Below are positions 37,501 to 50,011 of a stretch of 64,000 nt of DNA, one piece after another. The number at the start of each line of letters is the position of its first letter. Position 1 is the first letter of the stretch. A program made the translations under genes and the position numbers. The stretch is from Octopus vulgaris (Eukaryota): NCBI GenBank assembly GCA_951406725.2, contig OX597823.1, positions 104,718,001 through 104,782,000 of the forward strand, read 5' to 3'. The notes beneath the pieces are model-generated. The model ran no database searches, was not told the origin of the DNA, and was given only the letters and a program-made list of their open reading frames with translations.

Positions 37501-38158
37501 CTGTGCCGGTGGCACGTAAAAAACACCCACTACAGTCACAGAGTGGTTGGCATTAGGAAGGGCATCAAGCTGTAGAAACACTGCCAAATCAGACTAGAGC
37601 TTGGTGCAGCCTCCATGGCTTACCAGACCCCGGTCGAACCATCCAACCCATGCTAGCATGGAAATCGGACGTTAAATGATGATGATGATGATGATGATGA
37701 TGATATTATGTAGGTAGTTAAAGCACATCAAATTATTCCATTATTACAATCCAATATGTAGTATCAGGGGCTGCTGTATACGTATTAAAATTGAGTGTTA
37801 TGGAAATATTATTTGCAGAGTTATTGTATAACAAAACAAGAAATTGGAAATTTTTCGTTTTTTTTTGGGGGTGGGTATGATTTATTTGCCATTACACCAT
37901 TACACGTGTTTCATTTGTTAATAGAAATTGCAAAGGTTTACATGTCAGATACACATGTAATGAATTCCTTATAAAAAATTCTTGAGACAAAGAAATAAAA
38001 TAATGTATTATTATATTTCTCTGTCTGAAGAATTTCTAAATGGAAATTTCTTATATGTCTATCTAACATGTAAAATTTTGTAAATCCTATTAGTAAACAA
38101 AATACATCTAATGGGGAAATAAATAATATAGAAAAAAGATATTTCCAATTTCCTGCCT

Positions 38159-38221
<63 letters not shown>

Positions 38222-38288
38222 TAGATAGATAGCTATATATATATATATATATATATATAAATATATATGTATGTGTGCGTGTATATAT

Positions 38289-38378
<90 letters not shown>

Positions 38379-39924
38379 GTATCTGAGGGGAAAACAATTT
38401 TTCGATAAAAGAGAAGCCAATTCAAAGGTGAGGTGTAGAGTATGATAATTTTAGTGCAATTATCCTTCGGTTACCTTACAACTGCTGGTTTCACCATTAA
38501 CTGTCCTTCATGTAATAATCTTGGTACTTGCTCCTAATACATTGATTGCTGAGATAACAATGAAGCAAAGAAAATTTTCAAACAATTCCTTTTTGAATTA
38601 TCTACAGCATGTCTCTGTTGTCCATGAAATGTTCTATTCTGTCCCTGTGTATAGTTCTATATTTCAAGTAAATAAAACTTTAACAGTGACATGTTTATCA
38701 TAATCCTTATGTTCATTTATCTTGTATATAACCAGCATGGGTCTGGAAAAATTATGAATTTCACCTGCACACATTTAATTTACATGCATCGTGCCATGTA
38801 GTCTATTTACACAGTGAATGCATATTTATTAACTAAATGCAAACATATGAATTGATATATATATATACATAAACATATACATCCTGTATCCTTTCACCTT
38901 TATCGACCACATTATTGGGAATTGTTATAAATCATTGGCTACAAAGTGCTTGCTATTCTTTGCTGATGACACCCTTCCTTTCTATCTTGTCTCAAATCAT
39001 ATTACGTGCCACCGGCATGTAAAATGCACCAACCGATCATGGCTGGTACCTGCCTCCCCTGGCATCTGTGCTGGTGGCACGTAAAAAGCACCCACTACAC
39101 TCACGGAATGAGTGGCGTTAGGAAGGGCATCCAGCAGTAGAAACACTGTCAGATCAGACTGGAGCCAGGTGCAGCCTCCTGGCTTCCCAGATCCCAGTCA
39201 AACCGTCCAACCCATGCTAGCATGAAAAACGGACGTTAAACGATGATAATGATGATGATGATGATGATAATCTTCCTATCACTATAGAGGGCTTCTGAGT
39301 GTCCTTTCACGATCTCGTTAGTACCACCTGACCAGCTGTCATCTGTGAAACTTGAAGCATGTCCATCCCAGGGGAACTTGTGCTGTTGGCATTCTGTGAT
39401 CCCATCGTTCATTGCCTTATTTTAGATATGTTCTTGCAATGATATTCACAGCATGAATGTTTTCACAGCCCTTTATGATACAGCCAATCAAAGTTCTTTG
39501 CCCTTTGTAGCAGCTTATGTCTCATTTGCATGCAAGAGTGCAGATAGGATGGTGCCAATGAAGAGACTACCACATAGGGTCTTGTCTGACTTTGCTGAAA
39601 TGTTGCAAAGAATAAGGGCAGAACAGAAGGGATTTACCTCAATAATACATATATGTGCTTGAGAAAACTCACCAAGCCAAATGAAATTGTAGTTGAGGTC
39701 GATGACAGTGTCATGTAACTGGCACTTGTACTGGTGGCACATAAAAGCACCCATTGCACTCTTGGATTGATTGGCTTTTAGGAAGGGCATCCAGTGATAG
39801 AAGACCATGCCAAATCAGACTGGAACTTGGTGCAGCTCTCCAGCTTACCAGTTCCAATCAAACCGTCTAACCCATGCCAGCATGGAAAGCACACACTAAA
39901 TGATGATGACGATGCATATGAAAG

Positions 39925-39974
<50 letters not shown>

Positions 39975-40832
39975 ATATAGCATCATCCTCACCACTAAAT
40001 TTGACCTATATTTGAACTAGACTCTGATACAAATCCAACCTGTCATGTCTATATTTATAAACATTCCAGTATGAACCCTAAACACAGAAAATCTATAATG
40101 TATTCTGAATATTTGCAAGAAAAAAATTCCTCGACTAACAGAATGTGATTTATCTGCTACATGAGCTTCCATACACATTGAACTTCTGTGCATGCATGCT
40201 CGAATGAACCTAAGTAATAAGTTATAAGCAAACAACAATACCTTACATTAAATATACACAATTCAGTACAGCCTATATTTTTTGTCAAACCAAAAAATTG
40301 TCTTTACCATTCTTTCCATTCCACCCCCAACTTATAAACTATACTCTCTTTCTCTCCTTCTCTATGCCTCCCTATACAACCACTTCTCTTTTCTTCCTGC
40401 AAAATCATTTGCACCATTCTACATTGCATTGACATCGTTCTGCCTATCAGATGATTCCACCGTTTTTTCCCCTGAAGAAGAAAAAAGTCTAAACCATATT
40501 TAAGGTTTGAAACATCAAACTGAGTCACAGTCTGATGAATGCAAGTAAGCCAAGAAGTCAAAGACATTCTCTACCTTTTCTATGTAAACACACACACACA
40601 CACGTACACACACACACACACGCACGCACACACACACACATACACACACACACATACACAGGCTCGCTGACAAACACCTACACACACAAACACATGTACA
40701 CACACAAACACGTGTACACATGCACACACACACACACTCAAACACATATATATCCATATCTATCAGTATACATACTAACACACATATAAAAATATAGATT
40801 CACATATGCTTACATATATATATGTTTACATG

Positions 40833-40877
<45 letters not shown>

Positions 40878-41447
40878 GTACATGTGTGTGTGTATTCCTA
40901 GACATATATATACACATATATAAAGTCTTCTCTTTGCGTCTGTTGGACTTATAGGAGGAGGGTGTTGCTGATCTCTGCGATCACACACCCCACGAGCCAC
41001 CATATGTTGATACCTGACATTATTCTGGGGATTCAGACTTTTATTGTTCTTCTGTCTATGTAGGATGGGTACATTATGAGCTGGTTAGTTTTACTGATTC
41101 CCACCGAATCCATCATGGCCAGCTCTTCTGTTTTAAAAAGGACAGAAATGGTACCAAAACTTTGGGTCCTTTGAATGAATTTGACATTCTCTCGGATTGA
41201 TCTCAGTGGCATTTCCACTTGAAAGTGGGAAGGTTGTTCTGCCCTCCGAAACTCCACCAAAATGCACCTATACATTACTGTTCTTCTTTCAATTTCTACC
41301 TCCACTTTGGCTGGGATTGCAAGGTTTTTTTCTCTTTTTATGAGTTTGTAGGCCTGGTCTAACATCTCTTTTTTGTTGGAGATGTCTATCTCCATTATTT
41401 ACATTATTTACAGTTGACGGATGTTTGTCCTCATCTTGTTTGTTGTT

Positions 41448-41493
41448 AACACAATGTTTCAGCTGATATACCCTCCAACCTTCTTCAGGTGTC
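41448..41493 (-). ncRNA. Hammerhead fold, mutated copy
   Basis: GACAC-CUGAAGA-A-GGUUG..CAGCU-GAAA-CAUU-GUGUU; stem III CG>CA change. Confidence 0.6.
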
Positions 41494-41742
41494 TTGGGGA
41501 AATTTCGAACCTGGGTTCTCATTCCTAAGGCATTTTTTGATGTTGTTATTATTATTATTATTATTTTCCAGGTCACTGCCTGGAATCAAGCTCGGAATCT
41601 TGGGGTTAGTAGCCCACGCTCTTAACCACTATGCCATATGCCTGTGGGCAGTTATGGAGTGAATTACGGGCATATGGTATGGTGGTTAAGAGCACGGGCT
41701 ACTAACCCTAAGATTCCGAGATCGATTCCAGGCAGTGACCTG

Positions 41743-41786
<44 letters not shown>

Positions 41787-41787
<1 letters not shown>

Positions 41788-42067
41788 TAGAATGTGGAAT
41801 CTGAAAACAGAAACAATTCCTATCATAGTAGGTGCATTAGGCATGATAAAAAAGTATTCAGACAAATACATAACAAAAACAACCAGGACTTACAAACACA
41901 TATAACATACAGAAAATTGCACTACTAGGCACTGCACACATCCTACGCAGAACACTTTCCATACAATAACCATCAGAGCATCACAACAAATCACAGCACA
42001 TACCCAAGGCACACAGAGCTGCGCTCGGTAGTGAAGTGAAAGCACGCTATAAAAATAAAACTACTGA
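41787..42067 (+). mobile_element. R4/Dong-like LINE 3' end inserted in the (AAT)n of the PLE pLTR
   Basis: MWNLKTETIPIIVGALGMIKK..IQKIALLGTAHILRRTLSIQ*; (AAT)n on both sides; near-identical to 55250-55525. Confidence 0.85.
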
Positions 42068-42144
42068 ATAATAATAATAATAATAATAATAACAACATCG
42101 AAAAATACCTTAGGAATGAGAACCCAGGTTCGAGATTTCCCCAA

Positions 42145-42190
42145 GACACCTGATGAAGGCTGGAGGGTATATCAGCTGAAACGTTGTGTT
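42145..42190 (+). ncRNA. Minimal type I hammerhead ribozyme fold
   Basis: GACAC-CUGAUGA-A-GGCUG(gaggguauau)CAGCU-GAAA-CG-UU-GUGUU; palindromic stem III; predicted cleavage after 42185. Confidence 0.78.
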
Positions 42191-43054
42191 AACAACAAAC
42201 ATGATGAGGACAAATATCCGTCAACTCTAAATAATGTACATAATTCCTCATCTCTTAAATATAGAACTGGATGTCTGTCTCATAGTACTTTTGTTGGCAT
42301 TTTGCAGCTGCTGATGCAAAAGTACTTGTTCTGCTCTCACTGTTGATGGTGGTGGTAGAATAATTCATCTTGTTACTACTAATGCTACTTCCAAATACAC
42401 CCACCTCTCTCTCTGTTGCTGGTGTTGATGTTGGTATTGGTTGTGTTCTCATTGATGTTTTTGTTGTCATTATTCATTCTGTTATTGTCTTCTCTTATGC
42501 TTCTCTGCTCCTCAATCCGTGTTGTCGGAGTTGTTATTTTCTGTGGTGATATCAGTTATCAAAGCATTTTCCTCATTTTTTCTGTTTGGGAAGTTGGCAG
42601 TTATATTTTCCTCGTCTATTCGACTATCAAGTGATTGTGTGCGCTCCATTGTGTCACCTTTCTCTGTCATAATACTTCTTTGTTCTTTGCAGTTAATTTT
42701 ATCATTGTCCATAGGGTCTGTGGTGCTTTTGGATTCGTTATAAATTTTGTCCTCAAAATTGATACTTGTGTCAGTGAAAATTAAGTTTCCATGACTTTTC
42801 CTGCTGTTACAAACTGGTTTGTTTTGCGTTAGAAGGTTATGCCTCTCCACACCATTTTTCGTTTGCAAATGTGTAAACATTTCGCAAATACTAATATTTG
42901 GACTCAAGGCCCAAGTATTATTTAACTCTTTTACTGGGGACAAAGACTATCGTCTTATGCTCCCTTTTAAACAATAATATCAATGAAAACAGTAGTTTTG
43001 ATAACAAAAATGCCTGTCAAGCTTCCACTGACGTTCTAGCCTTCCAACCAGAAG

Positions 43055-43094
<40 letters not shown>

Positions 43095-43115
<21 letters not shown>

Positions 43116-43850
43116 TAGTCAATGTGAGAGGTATAGAGAAAATAGCAAAATACCAAGACCTGGCCATTTAACTACAGAGACTTTGGAAAGTGTGGGTAAA
43201 ATGTATTGCTGTAGTTATAGGTGCATAAAGATTTGAACAGATGGACAGGGGTAATCAGTATAAAACTTAGTTTAGTGCAGCTCCAGAAAACAGTATTATT
43301 AGGGACTACTAGGATACTTAGGAGTTGTTCTTGACAACTAAGATTACTTGATGTAGCCTGATGTTGGGGATTTTTCCAACAGTCTAATCCGTTGTGTGTA
43401 GTTGGACTAATAATAATAATGATAATAGCCACTCTCCAACAGAAGGAACCTAAAGAATGGATCTGCATCGATGCAGCTATACTTGCAGACCAAAATATTG
43501 TTAAGACAGAGGATGAGAAAACTGGGAAGTACCAAAGACTTAGGATTGGAAGTGATGAGAACTCATAGAACCTCATAAGTGAGTGTGGTACTTACTGTAA
43601 TTGGTGGCATATGAGATCAATAAAAAAAAAACAAAAAACAAAAAATAAAAAAACAATATTCTGGCATCAAAAGCTGCAAATACCAAACTTCTTAGGGCGT
43701 ATCCAGATGGCAGCAATTCTTGGAACAAGCCATGTATTGAAAAAAGAGTTGTGTCTCTAAGCTGTGAGATGGGAGCTGAGACATGACATAGACATAGATA
43801 TATGAAGAGAAATTAAGCGAATAGAAAAACTAAAAATAATAATAATAATT
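43095..43850 (+). mobile_element. Two older R4/Dong-like RLE 3' fragments separated by (AAT)n
   Basis: EKIAKYQDL..LQKTVLLGTTRIL and EDEKTGKYQRL..QMAAILGTSHVLKK motifs. Confidence 0.7.
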
Positions 43851-45223
43851 ATACTTTCAGCTATAGGTGCCAGACCTGAAATTTCGGGAGAGTAGTTATG
43901 TCAATTCCATTGACTCTAGAGCTCAACTGGTGCTTATGCCTACCCCTGCTCCCACATATATATATAATTAATTTGTTTATTGAGTAATAAAATTAGGAAT
44001 TAGAGCATATGAGTGAAGAGGATCTGAATTTATTCATCCATGTGGAAACAACTGTTACCACAACTATCTCTGACATTATTCCAACCAATGATAAATTATT
44101 ATAATTATATTATTAGGTTTTGGGAAATGATATAAAACAGATGACAAAAGTTAATTATGTATAAATTAGTCATATCAATCAGCAAATTGTATTTTATGCA
44201 TTTTTGTTTCTATACTAATATTAGTCTTTTTTTTTCTTTACTACCCACAAGGGGCTACACATAGAGGGGACAAACAAAGACAAACAAAGGGATTAAGTCG
44301 ATTACATCAACCCCAGTATGTATCTGGTACTAATTTTATCAACCCCGAAAGGATGAAAGGCAAAGCTGACCCCAGCAGTATTTGAACTCAGAACGTAATG
44401 GCAGACGAAATACGGCTACGCATTTCGCCCGGCGTGCTAACGGTTCTGCCAGCCCTTTATTAGTCTTTGTGAACAAAAGTTCACTCGACCCTCTTTAAGC
44501 CCCCAAATATCTTTTGTCCTTTATCTCTTTTACTTGTTTCAGTTATTAGACTGAGGCCATACTGGGGTGCTGCCTTGAAGAAATTTTAGTTGAATATATT
44601 GACCTCAATATTTATGTTTTGAAAAAGCTTGGTACTTATTCTATCAGTCTCTTTTGCTGAACTGTTAAGTTATAGGAATGTAAACACACCAGCACTGATT
44701 GCCAAGCTGTGGTAGGAGGACAAACACAGACTCAAAGACACACACACACACAAACATGCACATACACAAAGATTTTCAGTCAATGCAAAACAACTGCAAC
44801 TCAGTAGTCAATCTTAGTGGGGCTTTGTGTTAAGAAGCTTGCTTCCCAACCACATGGTCTCAGGTTCAGTTCCACTGCATGGTACCTTGGGCAAATGTCT
44901 TCTACTATAGCCTTGAGTTGACTGAAGCCTTGTGAGTGGATTTGGTTGAGGGAAACTGAAAGAATCCCGTTGTATATGTGTGTGTGTCTGTGCTTGTAAA
45001 TGTGGGATGAGGCAAAAGTGGGACAACATCCTCTTGTTAACAGTAGTCAATGAAGCAGTCGTTCATTACATAAATCCCTTACTGCTTATAGCAATGTGCT
45101 GTACCTCTCACTGGTCCCTATTTACAGTGAGGAGTCAATGAGGTAACTTGTACATGGTCACATGACTTTCTAGAACATTCAACCAAATCTCACACAATGT
45201 GGCTGTGTGGTAAGAAGCTTGCT

Positions 45224-45359
45224 CAGGTAAACAGCAATTGGTGGGCGTTGCTGTTGCCCTCATTATTATCATGTCATCAATCATTCCATCTCATTATGTC
45301 CGTGTCCAGCCCGCAGCTTCCTTTCTTTGTAAGGCCCTTGTGGCTAATTAAAGGAATAA
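45224..45359 (+). mobile_element. 136-bp retroposed fragment inserted in a family B SINE head
   Basis: 12-bp TSD aagaagcttgct at 45212-45223 and 45360-45371; tail cccttgtggctaattaaaggaataa resembles the family A tail. Confidence 0.75.
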
Positions 45360-48300
45360 AAGAAGCTTGCTTCCCAACTACATGGTTCCAGGTTCAGTCC
45401 TACTGCATGGCACCTTGGGCAAGTGTCATCTACTGTCACCCCAAGCCAACCAAAGACTTGTGATTGGATTTGATAGATGGAAACTGAAAAAAGACTGCCA
45501 TCATCATCATCATTATTTAACATCCGTTTTCCATGCTGGCATGGGTCGGACAGTTTGACAGAACTGGCAAGCCAGGAGGCTCCACCAAGCTCCAATCTGA
45601 TTTGGCAAGGTTTCTACAATTGGTTATCCTTCCTAATGCCAACCACTCTGAGAGTGTAGTGGGTGCTTTTTACGTGCCACCAGCATGGCAACCTGTCAGG
45701 TGGCGCAGGCATTGGTCATGCTCGAATGGTGCTTTTTATGTGACACCAACATGGGTTCCAGTCAGTTGGCACTGGCATCGACCATGCTCAAATGGTACAT
45801 TTTGCATGCCACTGCTGATGATGATGGTGATGAAGCAGCAAGCTTGTCGATCTCACCAGTCTAGGAATCCCCTTTCTACTTCATGGTGGTTGAAATATAG
45901 TCTGCTGGTACTACAAATTCGAAATTAATGCTGACAGTTTAACTTGAGGCTTTAATTCATCTGAAATATTATGATCTTGAATGTAATTAAAAGTTATGAG
46001 ATAATTTGCTTAAAATAAACATACTTCATTAGATCATTGTTTCCTAATTTTGAATGCTAATGCACACAGCACACAGTAGTGTGACAAGAATGTGCATGTG
46101 GGGTGTGCATATATGTACACATACATAAATACATAATTACACATACAAACACCCACACATGCATATATATGTATACAGATACACATAAATATGTATGTGT
46201 GTGTGTGTGTGTGTATGTATGTATATCCTACCCATGTGTACATATGTATGTACCCCCTGCTCCACACATGATGGGCTTTTTTAGAGTTTCTGTCTACCGA
46301 CTTCATTTCCAAGACATTGTTCAGCCTGAGGTTATAGCAGAAGACACTTGCCCAATGTACCATACAGTGGCATTGAACCCAAAGTTGCATCGTTACAAAG
46401 CGAACTTCTTAACATGCAGCCATGCTTGTCCCTGTCTTAGATATTTTGCCTCACAATTTGACTGTTATTTCTAGCAGATCGAGTGATCACATAGGGTTTT
46501 CCTCATTTACTTATCTCCCCTGTTGATGTCTATAGATGTGGAAGAAATAAAAATTGAGATGCTTATAGCTTTTTCCAAGAACATTAGCAGTATGAAATAT
46601 GTGAAATTATTAAAGTCAAGACTAGAAACTGGGCCACAGAGTCATTTTGCTATGAGATTATTTTTACATTCAGCTAGGCTGCACTGTAAACTTATCTCAC
46701 ACAACTAAATTATTGAGTACATTTCTGATTGAATGTTTTTGTGTAGTTTTGTTTTTGCTTTCGATTAGGATGCTTTCAAAGATTGCCATTGGATGTATAT
46801 TAGTAGAAAGAAGGAGAAGGCGGAGGAGGAGGAGGAGAAAAAGAAAAGAAATGGATGTAGAAGAAGAAAGAGAAGAAAATGGATCGTTAATCAGAGAGAA
46901 AGTGTAAACTTAATTTGTATTTATCAGAGAAAACGTGTGCAATAATTTTGAGCTGAAAGGAAGAATCTGTAATGTCAGTAATATTGTGTATGAAAAGATA
47001 TGAACTAAATTTAAAGAACTATTGCAGAGACAAAACTGCATATTTCTATTGCTTTTTTGTTATTTCCTATTTCTGTGACTAACATTATGAATACAAATCA
47101 AGTTCCTGTTATGCTGCAAATCGGTAATTTACTTTTGACTATTCTAATTCCTGGTTTAGAAGTAAATTTATTTTGATGTTATGTTTTTGATGTTTTTTGG
47201 AGGAAAGCCTAAGTACCACATAATCCCATTTTGTGGCAGAATCATTAAAGCATTAGACAAAATGCCTTATTGGGTATTATTTAGTTTTGGTTCTTTCTGT
47301 TATGAGTTCAAACCCTGCTGATGTCTACAAAAACAACAGCAACAAACCTCACCATTTATGTTTTTTTCCTGCAAGCTTCAAATTATGACTATTAAAAGTA
47401 AATATAAAGGTCTGGAAAGGTTTGATCACTTCATGGCACTGTCCTCTACTCTTCTGAATATGGCATAACAAAAACGAACTCACCAAAATATAGGGTTAGT
47501 TACCACCTTGTAAATTATTGATGCTGAGGATTAGCTCCAGATCAGCCCTTATTCAGCAGTCTTATGATCAAAAGTATTCCTGCCATGACTATTCTGCAGG
47601 AACTGCATTATTTGATGAGTTCCAGGGTCAGTTGGATGGATGGTACTCCATTTGTTAGACAACGAGGATTCAGTTTTTAGATTATGCAATCAACTGAATA
47701 ACCTATTCCTACCTTAATGTGTAACTGGCTGAGTATTCCACTGACATATGTATCCTGAATGTAATTCTCAGACAGGATCAGCATGAGACTACATGTGACA
47801 AGACTGTACCTTCAAATTGCAAATGTTATCCATCTGACAGCAGGACCATCTTAGCAGCAGTATAGCACCCACTTCCTGGGCAAATCAATGCTTTGAACCC
47901 TATGGTATTCATTTATTGCAAGGCGGTGAGCTGGCAGAAACGTTAGCACGCTGGACGGAATGCTTAGCGGTATTTCATCTGCCATTATGTTCTGAGTTCA
48001 AATTCCGCTGAGGTTGACTTTGCCTTTCATCCTTTTGGGGTCGATTAAATAAGTACCAGTTACGCACTGGGGTAGATGTAATTGACTTAATCTGTTTGTC
48101 TGTCCTTGTTTGTCCCCTCTGTGTGTAGCCCCTTGTGGGTAGTAAAGAAATAGGTATTCATTTATTGACAGCAAGCCACATTATATATATTTCAGATTTG
48201 GGTTCCTTGATCTGTGAGGTTCCTGAGCAACTGTCTGATAGGTTTTCATAGGGTTTCCATCTACCTAATTTCACCCACAAGATATGGGTCAGCCTGAGGC

Positions 48301-48719
48301 TATAGAAAACGATATTTACCCAAGATGCTACCAAGAAGAATGAAGCTCAGAGTCTCATGGATGCAAAGCAAAATTCTTAATCCTCCAGCCATACTGCTAC
48401 CTCTGAGATTAATTAAGTATTAAAATATTTCTAGAAAGTATCCGAAATGGAAATAGAATTGTAAAAACAGAACAGGTGACCATTATAAATATTTCTGTAA
48501 CTAAAAAAGCAAATAACATTATTATGTTATCCTTTTACTGGTACCTACTATTTGGCTTTGGCCATGCTGGGGCATTATCTTTTGTTTAAGATTCATGCTA
48601 GAGTCCGTCAGGTTCATTTAAGCAATAATATATATATGTATGCATGTTTGCATGTGTGTGTGTGTGTATGCGTGTGTATGTAGTATATATGTATTTGTTT
48701 GTGTGTGTATGTATATATT

Positions 48720-48790
<71 letters not shown>

Positions 48791-48896
48791 CTATCTATGT
48801 ATACATGCTTGCAGTACATGTGTGTTGCCTCCAGGAAACATGATTTACATAAGGACTTGTGTCAAAGACAACAAAAGTAAAACAGAAATCTATTGA

Positions 48897-49262
48897 TATC
48901 AGTAAAGAACTTCTTCTCTAGTTCTGGTAGGGATTCAGCTATAAGAACAAGGTCGTCAGCATAGAGGAGCTCCCAGGGGCAGCCTGTCTTAAATTCCTCC
49001 GTTATTTCCCGGAGGACTATGATGAACAAGAAGGGGCTGAGGACTGGATTCTTTGCTGTACTCATTGCCAACCCTCGCCTTACTGACAACGTCCCTGTAC
49101 ATAGCTTGTACAGCTCTCACCAACTACTCATCTGTCCCTAGTTTCCACATTGGCCACCAGATAAGGGATTGGGGGACCCTATCAAAGGCTTTCTCCATGT
49201 CAACCAAAGGGGTTTATTTTTGGCTATGTATTTGTATTTCTCCTGCAGCTGCCTTACCAGAA
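48897..49262 (-). mobile_element. RTE RT fragment
   Basis: LSPFLFIIVL..GCPWELLYADDL matches the intact ORF; frameshifted. Confidence 0.88.
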
Positions 49263-49684
49263 ATATACAAAATAAAAAGAAAAGAAAACAACTATAAGAA
49301 GTGAAATGGTCAAAATTGAGAAGAAGAGGAAACAAAAGGTTAGATATCTGGGAGTGGAAGGGAGGTGGACTTGCAAGGAGTGAAGAAGAGAGGAGAGGGA
49401 GAAAGAGAGAGAGGGAGATGGGAGTTTAAGATGGTAGCCATTAGGGGAACATAGTGGTTGGAGTTAAATGGGTGGCTTACTATTTAACAGTAAAACTACA
49501 GTCATGCACCTACGTGCACATGCATATGATCACTGTGTGCCAATAGTATCCCTACAGTATATATAATATATAATATATAATATATATATAATAATAATAT
49601 ATATATATATAATAATAATAATAATATATAATTATAATATCACTGTTTGAGTTGCCTAATAGTGGTTTTATCTCTAATTTAATT

Positions 49685-49722
<38 letters not shown>

Positions 49723-49758
49723 CATAAATATAAATCATATATATATATATCATATATC

Positions 49759-49803
<45 letters not shown>

Positions 49804-49804
49804 C

Positions 49805-49961
49805 TCTTGTTTCTGTACTTGCTTTTTTCTGTGTATTTTTCTGTTGAAGAGCGTAGGCTCGAAACGTAAATGACTTTTTCTATTCCTGAGTGCTATACTA
49901 ATACATTTGTTTGTTTGTACTCCACCTGCTTTCGTCCTGTGTTTATTTTCGTAAACTTTCC

Positions 49962-49966
<5 letters not shown>
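49805..49966 (+). mobile_element. Solo PLE pLTR end with hammerhead (49836-49873) in (TA)n
   Basis: ctgttgaagagcgtaggctcgaaacgt identical to 7830-7856; downstream similar to 7860-7960. Confidence 0.8.

Positions 49967-50007
<41 letters not shown>

Positions 50008-50011
<4 letters not shown>

Larger units (their letters stand above)
41393..42269 (+). mobile_element. ORF-less PLE-derived insertion: inverted partial pLTR + forward pLTR (tRNA-like head, (AAT)n, hammerhead)
   Basis: 12-bp TSD gatgtct(a/g)tctc at 41381-41392 and 42270-42281; inversion junction near 41665. Confidence 0.82.
40925..43000 (-). mobile_element. Decayed LINE ORF1-like region (L1/Tx1-type?), interrupted by the PLE insertion
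   Basis: ORF pieces 41033-41395 (GTISVLFKTEELA..MYPSYIDRRTIKV) and 42512-42943 are collinear across a TSD-flanked insert; clade assignment is tentative. Confidence 0.45.

Noticed and set aside
41668-41741. Functional tRNA gene with ACT anticodon
   Set aside because: Acceptor stem does not pair and the segment is embedded in a repeated element; treated as a tRNA-derived promoter
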